From Candidatus Marinacidobacterales bacterium (lineage in GTDB: Bacteria; Acidobacteriota; Vicinamibacteria; Marinacidobacterales; SMYC01): a stretch of DNA of 64,000 nucleotides. Shown piece after piece: positions 41,558 through 52,254 of the stretch. Under the pieces are notes generated by a model. It ran no database searches and was not told the DNA's origin. It saw nothing but the letters and a program-made list of their open reading frames with translations. Each line of letters starts with the position of its first letter. Position 1 is the first letter of the stretch. The stretch lies in NCBI GenBank assembly GCA_965224085.1, contig CBDCYI010000005.1, forward strand, positions 96,001-160,000, read 5' to 3'. The position numbers and the translations under genes were made by a program.

Positions 41558-42391
41558 TCAAGCCTCGAAATCCACGTCCGCGGCGAGCTCCGCGAAACGT
41601 TCCAAACAAAGGGCGATTCTTCTCTTGCTATCGGGGGAGAACTCGAGAAAAGAGAGCCCGACACCCTTTTTAGGTTCGGCCCCTTCCGAGCGCTGCCAGG
41701 CCACTTTGACCTTGGCTCTGCATTGCCCGAGTCCCCAGGGGAGCTCGAACCGCACTCGGCCCACGGCGCCCTCATCGGGCAACTCGTCCGTATGAAAGAA
41801 GGTACCGCCCCGGCTCAGATTAGTCAAATAGCCGAAAACGGTCAGATCGGAAAGGAATAGCTCGGCCGGGATGGTGAAGGGCCCGTAGCGCGGCTCAACG
41901 CGCGCTTCTTCCCCTGCTTTCTTGGGCTTGTTGTCGTACTCGACCGTTGTGACCGCGACTTCCTCGCTGTCCGGATCCATCGCTTTTTCGAGCACGAGCA
42001 GGAGGTCACCGGTATCGAGGGCACCGGCCGCGTAGAACGACTGGATGTCCAGGCCTTGAAGCTCGTCCACGGGCTCTTCGCGTTTGACGAAACGGTATTC
42101 GCCCTCGGGGATTTCGAGGAGCTCTTTCAGCGCTGTGAGGACTTGGATGCGACGAAACGTGAGACGGTGATCGGCATCGGCTTCCTTGGCGGCCTTCACG
42201 AGCAACGTCAGCGCGCCCGGTGAGTAGGCACAAACCACGTCGCCATTCTTGAAAATCACGAGGCCTTTGCTCGTAGCGCCTTTGATCGAGAGCAGCCCAC
42301 TCTGTTGGGAATAGGCCACGATTTGGACGATGTCCAAAAGTGGGGAGACTTCGAGACGTCCGCTTAGGGTATTCAGTGTTTTGTCGAGCAT
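41558..42391 (-). CDS. DUF4388 + PilZ domain protein
   Basis: LSGRLE..PLLDIVQ...SGLL (DUF4388); PilZ RVEPR and NLSRGG motifs. Confidence 0.85.
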   Translation of the reverse strand: MLDKTLNTLSGRLEVSPLLDIVQIVAYSQQSGLLSIKGATSKGLVIFKNGDVVCAYSPGALTLLVKAAKEADADHRLTFRRIQVLTALKELLEIPEGEYRFVKREEPVDELQGLDIQSFYAAGALDTGDLLLVLEKAMDPDSEEVAVTTVEYDNKPKKAGEEARVEPRYGPFTIPAELFLSDLTVFGYLTNLSRGGTFFHTDELPDEGAVGRVRFELPWGLGQCRAKVKVAWQRSEGAEPKKGVGLSFLEFSPDSKRRIALCLERFAELAADVDFEA

Positions 42392-42443
42392 TTGGGGCCG
42401 GGGTATCGATCTATGTTAGCGGATCCCGGGCGGGAGCGTAAGT

Positions 42444-44391
42444 TCAGAGAGGACGCGAAGTGGAGACGTATCGTTCGAGTGCGTCCAAGAGCTCGTGGGC
42501 CGGGAGCGGACGACTGAACAAGTAGCCTTGCACCTCGTCGCAGCGATGGTCGCCGAGAAAGGACATCTGGGCTTCGGTCTCGACGCCCTCGGCCACGACG
42601 TTCAGCTGCAGCCGGTGGGCCATGACGAGAAGAGCTTTTGTGATCGCGGCGTCTTTCACGTCGCTCGCGATCCCCTGCGTGAGGGACTTGTCGATCTTGA
42701 GCGTGTCGAGCGGAAAGTGTTTGAGATAGTGAAACGTCGTGTGGCCGGTTCCGAAATCGTCCACCGCGAGACGCACGCCCATCTTCTTGACTTCGCGAAG
42801 CACATCGAACGTCTTGCGATCGTGCTGCATGACCCCTCGCTCGGTGAGCTCGAGCTCGAGCTCCCCCGGGCGCATCTGCGTTTCTTCCAGTATGCCCGCG
42901 AGGTTCTCGAGGAAACCAGGCGCGCGAAATTCGCGCGGCGAGACATTGACGGAGACCCGCAGGGCGCCAACCCCCTGTTCGCGCCAGCTACGTAGCTGGT
43001 GGCAGGCCCTTCGGAGAACCCAGCGACCGATGGAAATGATGAGACCGGTCTCTTCGGCTAGAGGGATGAATGCGTCCGCGCTCAAACGGCCCTGCGTGGG
43101 GTGTTTCCAACGCGCGAGTGCTTCGACGCCGACGCATGCCCGTGTCTGCGCATTGACCAAAGGTTGGTAGAAGAGCTCGAGCTCGTCTTGCGTCATAGCG
43201 CGCCGCAGATGGTTTTCCATCTCGAACCGCTCCACCACGGCCGCGTGCAGCGGCTCGTCGAAAAACTGAAACGCGTTACGGCCAGAGTCCTTCGCGCAGT
43301 ACATCGCGATCTCGGCTTGGCGCAGCAAGTCTTCCGCCGTGGCGTCGGCGCTCCGGCTCATCGAGATGCCGATGCTCGCCCTGATGTAAACGGTCTTGCC
43401 TTCGACGCGGAACGGAAGGCGGAGTGCTTCGAGCAGTCGTCGGGCGGCGGACGCTGCGTGGTGCGCCTTATTCACATCGTTCAGAAGAAAGAGGAACTCG
43501 TCCCCACCCCGATGGGCGATCTTGCAGTCGCTTTCGTGAGCGACGACGTCCGCTTTTCGCAGGCAATGGACGAGCCGCTCGGCAACGTCTCTTAGCCCTA
43601 ATCGCAAATAAACGTCACCGTGTCTGAGGTCTTTGGCCCCGTGAATAGCACCTTTTCCAGGTTCTGCATACACCGTGCAGAATCACCTATAGTGGCGGCG
43701 AGCGGGTGCCCCAGCACGAGCTTCTCGCCTGCGCCCAGTGCGGCTGTTTCGCGTTTTCGTGCTTCGAAGATTTTGCGATTAGGGTTAGAAGTGTGTCTCC
43801 CGCGCTGTATCCAAGACTCTCGTTGGCCTCCCTGAAGCGATCGATATCCAGAAGGAGTACAGCGACGGCGCGCGATTGGCGCTGGCTTTGCTCGAGTGCG
43901 CGGCGCACCATATCGAGGAAAACGTGCCGAATCGGGAGTCCCGTCATCGCATCGCGATTCGCGAGAGTTTGGCTCTTGCGACTAAGCTCGCGGAAAGCGC
44001 CTGCGGCCACTACCAGGAACCGAAGGCGTTGCCGGAGCATCGTAGGGCTCGCATTGTCGGGCCAAACGTCGGTGGCCCCCGCCTCATAGGCAAGCTCGGC
44101 GTGCTCTGGCTCGGTCACGGCAACGAGGGCCATTTGCTCGCGACCCGCGGCCTGCAAGAAGCTGAGGTCCTCTTCCAGCGAGGCCTGGGTCAGACCCGCG
44201 ATCACGATATCGGGCGCGTTCTCCTCTAGGGTACGGAGAGCTTCCTCGGTTCCGCTTACATGGAGTACGTTGAAACCAGCCTGTTCGAGCGCGAGTAGTT
44301 CAGTGCCCAGGTCGTAAACGACGAGTGCTACGAGCTTTTCCTCGAGAAGCGTATCCGTTGCCGAACCACGTGACGTTTTCGATTGGATCAT
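42444..44391 (-). pseudogene. REC-like-GGDEF-EAL protein interrupted by a MITE
   Basis: DAMTGL...GDTLL | RDVAERL..GGDEF...EAL..DDFGTG..AEGVE; removing 43596-43788 restores one frame. Confidence 0.9.
43596..43784. mobile_element. 189-bp MITE
   Basis: 13-bp inverted repeats CCCTAATCGCAAA/TTTGCGATTAGGG; TTAG duplicated at 43592-43595 and 43785-43788. Confidence 0.9.
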
Positions 44392-47300
44392 TTGCTACCT
44401 GCTTTGACTTGTGAAAAAGATTGCACCAGAGTGGGCCGGCGGTGGCGCGAGTCGCGAAGTGCTATGACACCTTCGGCAACGAGCTCTTCGAGCTCGTGAT
44501 GGATGCGCTCGAGCAGTCTCGGCGACTCGAGCGTTTCAGCCGCGTGCAGGCCGACCCAGCCGTTTTTGCCGCTTTGTTTGGTGACGTAGAGCGCCCGAAC
44601 GGCGATTCCGACGATTTGCTCCCACGAGAACATCTTGGGCGCTTTCCGGTCGAACGGATAAAACGCGAAACCGATGGAGCAGCTCAAATGGACGTTTTGC
44701 TCGAGTCCGATGTCGAATCGCGTTGACTCTATGCTGTTGTGGACGCGCTCCGCGAGATTTTCGGCGCTGACAGGGTCGGCATTCTTGCCGACGAGGAGGA
44801 ACTCGTCGCCGCCCCAGCGAACGATGATGTCCGATTGGCGGCATACGTCGAGGAACATCTTGCGAACTTGAATCAAAACGCGATCGCCAGCGGCGTGACC
44901 ATAGGTGTCGTTCAGCTCTTTGAAGCCGTCGAGATCGAACATCAAGAACAGCAGGCTTTTTCCCTTGGCGGGATCTTCCTTCCCATCCTTCTCGAGCGTC
45001 AGGTGACGGTCAATCTCCGCGACGTCCGCGGGGATCTGCTGCAACAGATAGCGGCGATTCCAGAGCCCGTGAGAGAGTCTGTCAAGCTCGCTTCCTCGAG
45101 CTTCTCGTTGAACGCTTCGAGCTCCCGGTTGCGACCGGCGAGCTCTTCGGTCCGAGCGGCTACTTGGAGCTCGAGCTTGCGGTTATATTCCGCCTCGCGC
45201 TCGAGCTTCCGTGCCTGGACGCGCGTATAGGCATAGATGATGCCGATGACGCTTTGGCCATAGATTATGTAGGCCCACCACGTTCTCCAAGGTGGCGGAA
45301 TGACGTTTACCTGGATCGCGAGGCCTCCATCGTTCCATACCCCGTCGCTATTGGCGGCCTTGACCCGGAAAGTATATTCACGCGGCGCGAGATTCGTATA
45401 GGTGGCTCGGCGGAGATCCCCGGCCTCGATCCAGCCTTCGTCGAAGCCTTCGAGCTGATACATGTAGCGGTTTTTCTCGGGCTTGGTATAGTCGAGCGCG
45501 GCAAATTCGAAGGCGACGACGTAGTCCTTGTGGGTAAGCTCTATCTCCCGCACATCTGTGATTGGCTGGCCGAGATCCACGGATTCGTTGAACTTCAGAA
45601 AAGCTCTCAAAGCTACTGGCGGTGCCTGTTGGTTGTCTTGTATCTCGCTCGGCCGGAATCTGTTGAAGCCGTTGGGTCCTCCGAAGAACATCTCTCCATC
45701 TGCGGTTCGATAGGCGGCGCCATTCTGAAACTCGTCGCCCTGAAGACCGTCATCCTCGCTGTAGTTTTTGAAAGTCTCGCGCTCGGGATCGAATTTCGAG
45801 ATTCCGCGATTCGTACTGATCCAAAGGAGTCCCGCGTCGTCTTCGAGGATCCCGTTGATGACGCTGCTGGGAAGACCGTCCGTTGTCGTGTAACGTCGAA
45901 ACTCTCCCCGGTGCGCACGCCTTTGTGCGGCGTCCCAGCGATTGAGCCCTCCGTCTCGGGTGCCGATCCAGAGCCGCGATTTGCGATCCCGATAAAGGAC
46001 GCGGACGTTGTCGCTCGCTAGGCTCATCGCGTCTTTTGAGTCGTGCCGGAAATGCGAGAAGCTGGCATCGGTCGGGTCGAATCGATTGAGACCACCTCCG
46101 TCGGTCGCGATCCAAAGCGTGCCGTCTTCACCCTCGATGATGGCGCTGATGCGATTGTCGGAGAGGTTGGTGTTCGCTGTCGTGTAACGGATGAACGTGC
46201 CCTTTTTTCTTTGAAGCTTGTTCAAGCCGCCGCGATGGGTACCGATCCAGAGATCACCGCGACTGTCCTCGAAGATGCGCGTGACTCCATTCCAGGAGAG
46301 CGTGTTCTCGTCATTGGGATCGTGACGATAGTGCTCGAAGCTATCGGTCCCGGGGTCGTATCTCTTCAGGCCGTCCTGGAACGTACCGACCCAAAGCGAG
46401 CTTTCGCTGTCCACGAGCAATGACGTAATGCGGTCGTCGGCGTGTCCAGACGGATCTTCCGTCGCGGCGCGATGGTGCGTGAAAAGCTCCGTTCGGCGAT
46501 TGAAAAGGCTCAACCCGCCGTCGTAAGTGGCGACCCAGAGGCCGTCATCCCGATCCTCGGCGAACGAGAAAACGATGTTTCCACCGGGCTCATTCGCGCC
46601 GCCTGGGTCTTGCCTGTAAAGAGCGAAGCTTCCCGCTGTCAGACTCCAGGTGTCGAGGCCGCGATCGGTTCCGACCCAGAGCACCGAGCCGCGGTCTTCC
46701 ATGAGAGCGGTGACGCGGTTGTCGCTGAGACTTACTGGGTTGCTCGAATCGTGAAGGTAGCTTCGGCAGCGGCTTTCACGGCGCTGCCATTCGCAAAGAC
46801 CACCATCGGTCGCGATCCAGAGCGTTCCCCGCGAATCCTGTCGCATGGCAACGACGGAGTCGTCTGCGAGGCTTTCGGGCACGTCCGGATCGTGTCGAAA
46901 GCGCACGAACGTGCCGCTCGCGCGATCGAACCGATTGAGCCCGGATTCGTGGGTACCGACCCAGAGCACGCCCTCGTCATCTTCGTACAGGCTTTGCACG
47001 CGATCGCTGCTCAAACTCGTGGGGACTTCAGGCTCGTGACGGTAGTGATCGAATCGTCGGCCTTCGGAATCCGTGCCCTCGAGACCGCCGCCGTCGGTGC
47101 CGATCCATAGGTTGCCGTCACGACCTTCGAAGATCGCGCGGATGCGGTCGCTGCTGAGACTTTTCGGATTTGCTGGATTGTGAATGATGCGCTCGAAGCT
47201 TCCGTCCTCCTTCAGACGATTGAGCCCGCCTCCATTCGTTCCCACCCACAGTGTATTCGAGCTGTCCTCGTAAAGGACGCGCACGCTGTTGTGACTCAAG

Positions 47301-47851
47301 CTTTCCGGGTTGCTCGGGTCGTGTGTGAAATGCGAGAAGCCCTCCGTCCGGGGGTCGAAGCGATCGAGGCCGGAATCCGTGCCGACCCAAAGTGTGTGCT
47401 CGCGATCTTCGTAGATGGCGCGGACGGTACTGTTGGAAAGCGATGTCGGGTCGACGGGGTCGGGAACGAAGCTCGAGGTCTCGTAGCCGTCATAGCGATA
47501 CAGGCCGTCTCTTGTGCCAAACCACATGAGGCCGTGATGGTCCTGAACGATGGCGTGAATGGCTCCTTCCGACGTTTCCGGCAGAGAGACGTGGCGAAAG
47601 CGGATGTTGTGTGGCCCCACCGCGAAAAGCTCGGCAGGGAGTAGTGCGAAAACGATTAGCGAGGCGAAGAAGGCACGCTCGCAGGCCGTGAAGGCCACGA
47701 CGCTAGTCCCCCCTGTGTAACGTGTCGTTGTCTCACGCGCCTTCTTCGTCGCCATCGGCGAGCTTTGTTCAGTGGATGAGGAGATGATGGACGCGCCCGC
47801 GGAAACCGCGGACGCGTCCGTCCCCTCGCTGTCAACCCTTACACTCGTCAT
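44388..47851 (-). CDS. Periplasmic beta-propeller (Reg_prop/Y_Y_Y) sensor diguanylate cyclase, 1-bp frameshift at ~45066
   Basis: Many LWVGT.GGL repeats, YTNLAP Y_Y_Y, PPPWRTWW TM, TDSLTG|LWNRRY, RQSD..RWGGDEF. Start 47851 or 47755. Confidence 0.88.
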
Positions 47852-47888
47852 AGAAGCAATCTTCAAAGAGAAGAACACTCGTGGGTAT

Positions 47889-47904
47889 AGCAAGCCACAT
47901 GCCA
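47889..47904 (-). promoter_or_regulatory. sigma54 (-24/-12) promoter
   Basis: TGGCATGTGGCTTGCT matches TGGCAC-N5-TTGCW with exact GG-N10-GC spacing; lies between the bEBP gene and the DGC operon. Confidence 0.8.
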
Positions 47905-48175
47905 GAGATCACATCTGGTAGGGCTACGGACAAAAAGGCCTAACTTCAATCGTTGGGTCAGTTGTCATGCGAGCGCTGCAAGAATAGCGTGAGGGACGCC
48001 GGAAAGCTGGCGGGGGTTTTGTGAAAAACCGGCGGACGGACGCGCGGCCGCTGCAAAAGCGGCGGATGAAACCAGGCGCTTTAGCAACTTCAAGCTTTGC
48101 CTGGCTGGCGTTAGCTCAAAAGCGTGGACCGGAACGTGGGTAACTGGAAGCCGGCCCCAACTCGGATCGAAGGAA

Positions 48176-51172
48176 CTAGACGGAGACGCACGCTTTCTGG
48201 TCGAGTGTGTTGTCGGGTCGCTCTTCCATCCAGCGGCGATAGGTTCGCACGGTCACTCCCATCAAAGCGGCTCCGAGGGCGGGATCGTCGGCCCGGGCGC
48301 TGACCGCGGACAAGACCAAGTCGCGCGCTGTCTGCAGCACATCCGTGAGCGCGATGTCCGGCGTCCGCAGAAGAGCGATGATATGAGGCGCTACCTCTTG
48401 CCAGGGGGACTTTCTCATCAAGAGCTTAGCCTTTGCTTTCGATGTCGCTTTCCGCAAGCGACGGCGAAACGTCGTCTCGGGAATGCCCAGCAGGGCACTG
48501 GCGCGCCCTGAGACCTCGCCGGTGGCGGCATAGGCCTGTAGGACGATGTCTTCCATGAGCCATGTGCCCAGCGGCACGGGCTGACCCGATGGATCGTTGA
48601 GTGCTGCTTGGATCTGGCGTGTCAGCGCAGAGCCGAGTGCGGCCCAGGATTCGACTGGCGTGAGCTCCGAGAGGTCTTCGTCGCTACCCGCCGCCGCCAC
48701 TTCCAGGGCCGCGGGTCCATGCAATGGCTGTGGCCGAATCGAAGGCGGATCACACTCCTGCGTCTGTTCCGGTGGCACGGCGTCGAGATCGAGCTTGCGG
48801 ATACCGATCTCGGGTCCTTCGGTGAGAATCACCGCTTGCATGATGCGGTTTTGGAGCTCGCGGACATTCCCGGGCCAATGTTGTTTTTGCATCAAAACCC
48901 GTGCGGCGGGGGCGAAGCGCAACGTACCCTTCTGATACTGGAGTGCGAAACGATTCAGAAAGTGCTCAGCGAGAAAGAGGATGTCATCAGGGCGCTCGCG
49001 CAGTGGAGGGACATTAATCCGAACGACGTTCAAGCGATGGTAGAGGTCTTCTCGGAATCGTCCCGCCGCCGCTTCGACGGAGAGCTCACGATTCGTGACC
49101 GCCACGAGTCGCGTGTCGACGCGTAGCACCCGAGTTCCTCCAACGCGTGTGATCTGACGCTCTTGGACGAAGCGCAGCAGCTTGCTTTGAACTTCTAGGG
49201 GAAGCTCACCGATCTCATCGAGCACGACCGTGCCGCCTTCGGCTTCCAAGAGCCGGCCGATCCGGCGCTCTTGGGCTCCCGTATAAGCACCCCGCTCGTG
49301 TCCGAACAACTCGCTCTCGATCAACGTCGTCGGGATGGCGCCACAGTCGACGACGACGAGCGGTTTTTTCTTGAAGGGGCTGAGCTCGTGTACCATCCGC
49401 GCGACGAGCTCTTTGCCGGTGCCGCTTTCTCCGATGACGAGTACCGTTGCCTTGGTTGGCGCGACCCGCCGCACCGTATCGACGATCGATTCCATTTGTG
49501 AAGATTTGTAGACGAGCTCGGCTCTTTGGAGCGACGTTCGAAGGTCGTCCACCTCGGCGCGCAGCCGCGACTGTTCTTTTTCGCTTTGCTCTCGCTGTTG
49601 TTCTCCCAAGCGCGCACGGTCGAGCGCCACGGCCAGCTGGGTCGCAAGCGCTCGGAGGAACACGAGATCCGAATGGCCTTCGAGCGCGAGCACTTCGGCG
49701 CGCCCGTCGAGGTACAGACATCCGATGCAAGTGTCGTTCAGAAGCAGCGGGACGGCAAAGCACAGGACTTTCTGGCCCGACGCGTCATGGGAAAAAGATG
49801 CATGGACCGCGTGCCGCCCGCGCCGCGCGTCCTCGATCAGTGCTTTCTCGCTCTCGCGCAGCTCGATCGGCTCACTCATGGGAACGCTGTTCGCTCCCTG
49901 CGGCGGCCGCGCCAAGCTCTCGAGCACGTCGAACTTTTCGTCTCTCCATTCGAGGATGCTGATGCGATCCACCTTCAACGTATAGAAGAGCCGCTCCACG
50001 ACTCGATCGGCGAGCTCTCTCACATTGCCGCTCCCCGCGACCGCGGTCATTGTTTCCGAGAGAAGCGTCATGTTTCGGTAGTCTTTGGCCATGTTGCCGG
50101 TATAGACACCGGTCATACGATCGAGACTCCCGAGATCTTTCTCTTCCAAGTCGGCGTCCCAGGCAACGATGTGATCCCCGCCGAAGCGCTTGGCGGCGTT
50201 CAAAGCTTTGTCGGCCCGTCGGATCAGCTCGAGCGAGCCTTCGACGTCTTGTTTCCTCGGATCGAATTCTGCGACGCCCAAACTGATCCCAAGGCGAACC
50301 GAGCCGTCCATATATTTAGTCTCGGAAAGTCGCGACCAGATCTTCTCCGCGACGACGCGCGCGGAGGAAATATCGGTATCCGGCAGGAACGATGCGAAGA
50401 TAGCGCCGCCATATTTAGCGATCCCATCCGACACGCGCTGCGTGTTCAAAAGCCTCTCGCCGATCTCGCGAAGGACGCGATCCCCAGCCTCGTGGCCGTT
50501 GTCCTCGTTGACGGCGGTGAAGTCGTCCGGGTTGACGAATAAGAGGCTGAGCGGCCGGCCGCTCCCGCGAGCGGTCTCGAAAGCGTGGCTCAAGCTCGCT
50601 TGGAACTCTGCGCGCCCTGCGAGCCCGGTGACCGGATCATCGAGGATCGATGAGATCTCGCGGCTATACCCGGCGAGGACCCCGCCCAGGTCCAGAAGGG
50701 ATACCAGCTCGCCATCCATGGCTTCGGAGTCGGCTTGGTCGCCGCCCAACGAGCGGAGCACGGCGGACTCTTGGGAGCCGCCGAACTTCTCGAGTCCGAA
50801 GCGAAGTCCAATCCAACAAACGACAGGACTGTCCGTCCTGCCGGACTCGTCCTCCGCCCGCCGCCGCAACGCGTCCGAAGTCTCTATGTCCGGCGGAATG
50901 CGTGAAGGCTCGCATGGGACGCCCATGAGCCAGCCGCCTTCGGTATCACTCTGAATCCTGAGAATCTCGTTCTGGGCCGTAGCTTTGCCCTGCCGCCAAA
51001 ACGTGGCGGCGGTTTCCAAGGACGACAGCTCGCCCACCGTCGGCTCACCGTCGTGGAGCAGAATGGGCGTGCGCTCGCCTTCGGGAGGGAGGTAGAGGCA
51101 GACCGAGGCGGCTCCGCTCACGCGGCGGATTAGCGTCGTATAGGCTCGAAGAAGTCCCGTCGATCGGTTCAC
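48176..51172 (-). CDS. sigma54-dependent activator with degenerate GGDEF and GAF domains
   Basis: DPVTGL..RVSD-x5-GGAIF; GAF; GESGTGKE, ESELFGHERGAYTGA, LDEIGE, FREDLYHRL, WPGNVREL; two HTH-like C-terminal segments. Confidence 0.92.
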   Translation of the reverse strand: MNRSTGLLRAYTTLIRRVSGAASVCLYLPPEGERTPILLHDGEPTVGELSSLETAATFWRQGKATAQNEILRIQSDTEGGWLMGVPCEPSRIPPDIETSDALRRRAEDESGRTDSPVVCWIGLRFGLEKFGGSQESAVLRSLGGDQADSEAMDGELVSLLDLGGVLAGYSREISSILDDPVTGLAGRAEFQASLSHAFETARGSGRPLSLLFVNPDDFTAVNEDNGHEAGDRVLREIGERLLNTQRVSDGIAKYGGAIFASFLPDTDISSARVVAEKIWSRLSETKYMDGSVRLGISLGVAEFDPRKQDVEGSLELIRRADKALNAAKRFGGDHIVAWDADLEEKDLGSLDRMTGVYTGNMAKDYRNMTLLSETMTAVAGSGNVRELADRVVERLFYTLKVDRISILEWRDEKFDVLESLARPPQGANSVPMSEPIELRESEKALIEDARRGRHAVHASFSHDASGQKVLCFAVPLLLNDTCIGCLYLDGRAEVLALEGHSDLVFLRALATQLAVALDRARLGEQQREQSEKEQSRLRAEVDDLRTSLQRAELVYKSSQMESIVDTVRRVAPTKATVLVIGESGTGKELVARMVHELSPFKKKPLVVVDCGAIPTTLIESELFGHERGAYTGAQERRIGRLLEAEGGTVVLDEIGELPLEVQSKLLRFVQERQITRVGGTRVLRVDTRLVAVTNRELSVEAAAGRFREDLYHRLNVVRINVPPLRERPDDILFLAEHFLNRFALQYQKGTLRFAPAARVLMQKQHWPGNVRELQNRIMQAVILTEGPEIGIRKLDLDAVPPEQTQECDPPSIRPQPLHGPAALEVAAAGSDEDLSELTPVESWAALGSALTRQIQAALNDPSGQPVPLGTWLMEDIVLQAYAATGEVSGRASALLGIPETTFRRRLRKATSKAKAKLLMRKSPWQEVAPHIIALLRTPDIALTDVLQTARDLVLSAVSARADDPALGAALMGVTVRTYRRWMEERPDNTLDQKACVSV

Positions 51173-51297
51173 GACCTATGGAGTGACTGCAAATTGTGTG
51201 CCCGCCATTTGCGGCACTAACTGCAATAGCGACCGCGGCAGCCGCCGATGAGCGAAGTGGATTGGCTACAGGAAGAGGATGGAGTGTGGGGGGAACC

Positions 51298-52137
51298 CTA
51301 CGAGATTTGCTCGGCGTTCGCGATGTCTTTGTGATGAGCCCAAATGCCATGGGCGAGCGCGACCACGCCCACGACTGCGATACACGCGGCAGCGACCGAT
51401 CCATGACGAATCACCGGTTGACGCCACAGACGGGCCCAACGTGCCTCCACAACGCTCGCTGGAGCGACTCTCACCGGACTCACGCGTTGTCGAGCTTCGA
51501 CGGGCGCCGCGGCGAAGACGGGCTCCTCGGTCGGCGGCATGCGCCCTGCGAGTCGGTCTCCGAGATAAGGCGGGTTGAAGTTGAACGCGAATTCCGGGAT
51601 CTCGTGATGGATGCGATGATGCTCGATCTGGCGAAGACGGAGCGCTCCCAGCAACGGAAGCCGTGCGATCGCGCGATCGACCGTGTTGTACTCGATATGC
51701 GTCAGCCAGTGCGATATCTCGAACGCCAAGTAGTGAAGGACCGATCCCAGAAGGAAGGCCAGACATGCCGCAGGCGCCAAGATCCAAACGAGCACAGCGT
51801 AGTGAAGAAGGAACAGGAGCGGGAACGCCCAGTAGCGCCCGGGGATGTGCTCGAGCAGCTCCGCTTCTTTTGCCTGAAAGCTCTTGCCGTGGAACATGCG
51901 ATGGTGTTGGATGTGACCGAGGCGAATGAGCTCGAGCAGCTTCACGCGGCGGTGCATCGGAACCCGATGGCACCAATATTCCACGAACTGAGTGTACAGG
52001 GCACCTAAAAGGACCCATCCCATGAGTCCGAGTGATAGGGTGGCCGCGCCCAAAGCGTCGAGATGGAGTAAGGTAACGGCGAGGAACGAGCCGATCGCTG
52101 CGAGAGCGACCTTAATGATGGGCCATTGATGTTGCAT
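51298..52137 (-). CDS. Sterol desaturase/fatty-acid hydroxylase family membrane protein
   Basis: His boxes EYWCHRVPMH, HIQHH, HWLTH, HHRIHH; RBS GGAGG. Confidence 0.8.
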   Translation of the reverse strand: MQHQWPIIKVALAAIGSFLAVTLLHLDALGAATLSLGLMGWVLLGALYTQFVEYWCHRVPMHRRVKLLELIRLGHIQHHRMFHGKSFQAKEAELLEHIPGRYWAFPLLFLLHYAVLVWILAPAACLAFLLGSVLHYLAFEISHWLTHIEYNTVDRAIARLPLLGALRLRQIEHHRIHHEIPEFAFNFNPPYLGDRLAGRMPPTEEPVFAAAPVEARQRVSPVRVAPASVVEARWARLWRQPVIRHGSVAAACIAVVGVVALAHGIWAHHKDIANAEQIS

Positions 52138-52254
52138 GGCCGCCTCCCCCCGTTAGAGAACGGTAATATCCTATACTTATATTATCCGCGATCTGGACGG
52201 AAAAAGCAAGATGGCGAGCGGCTCACGCGACTTGGGGCCCGATCTGTCGGACGG

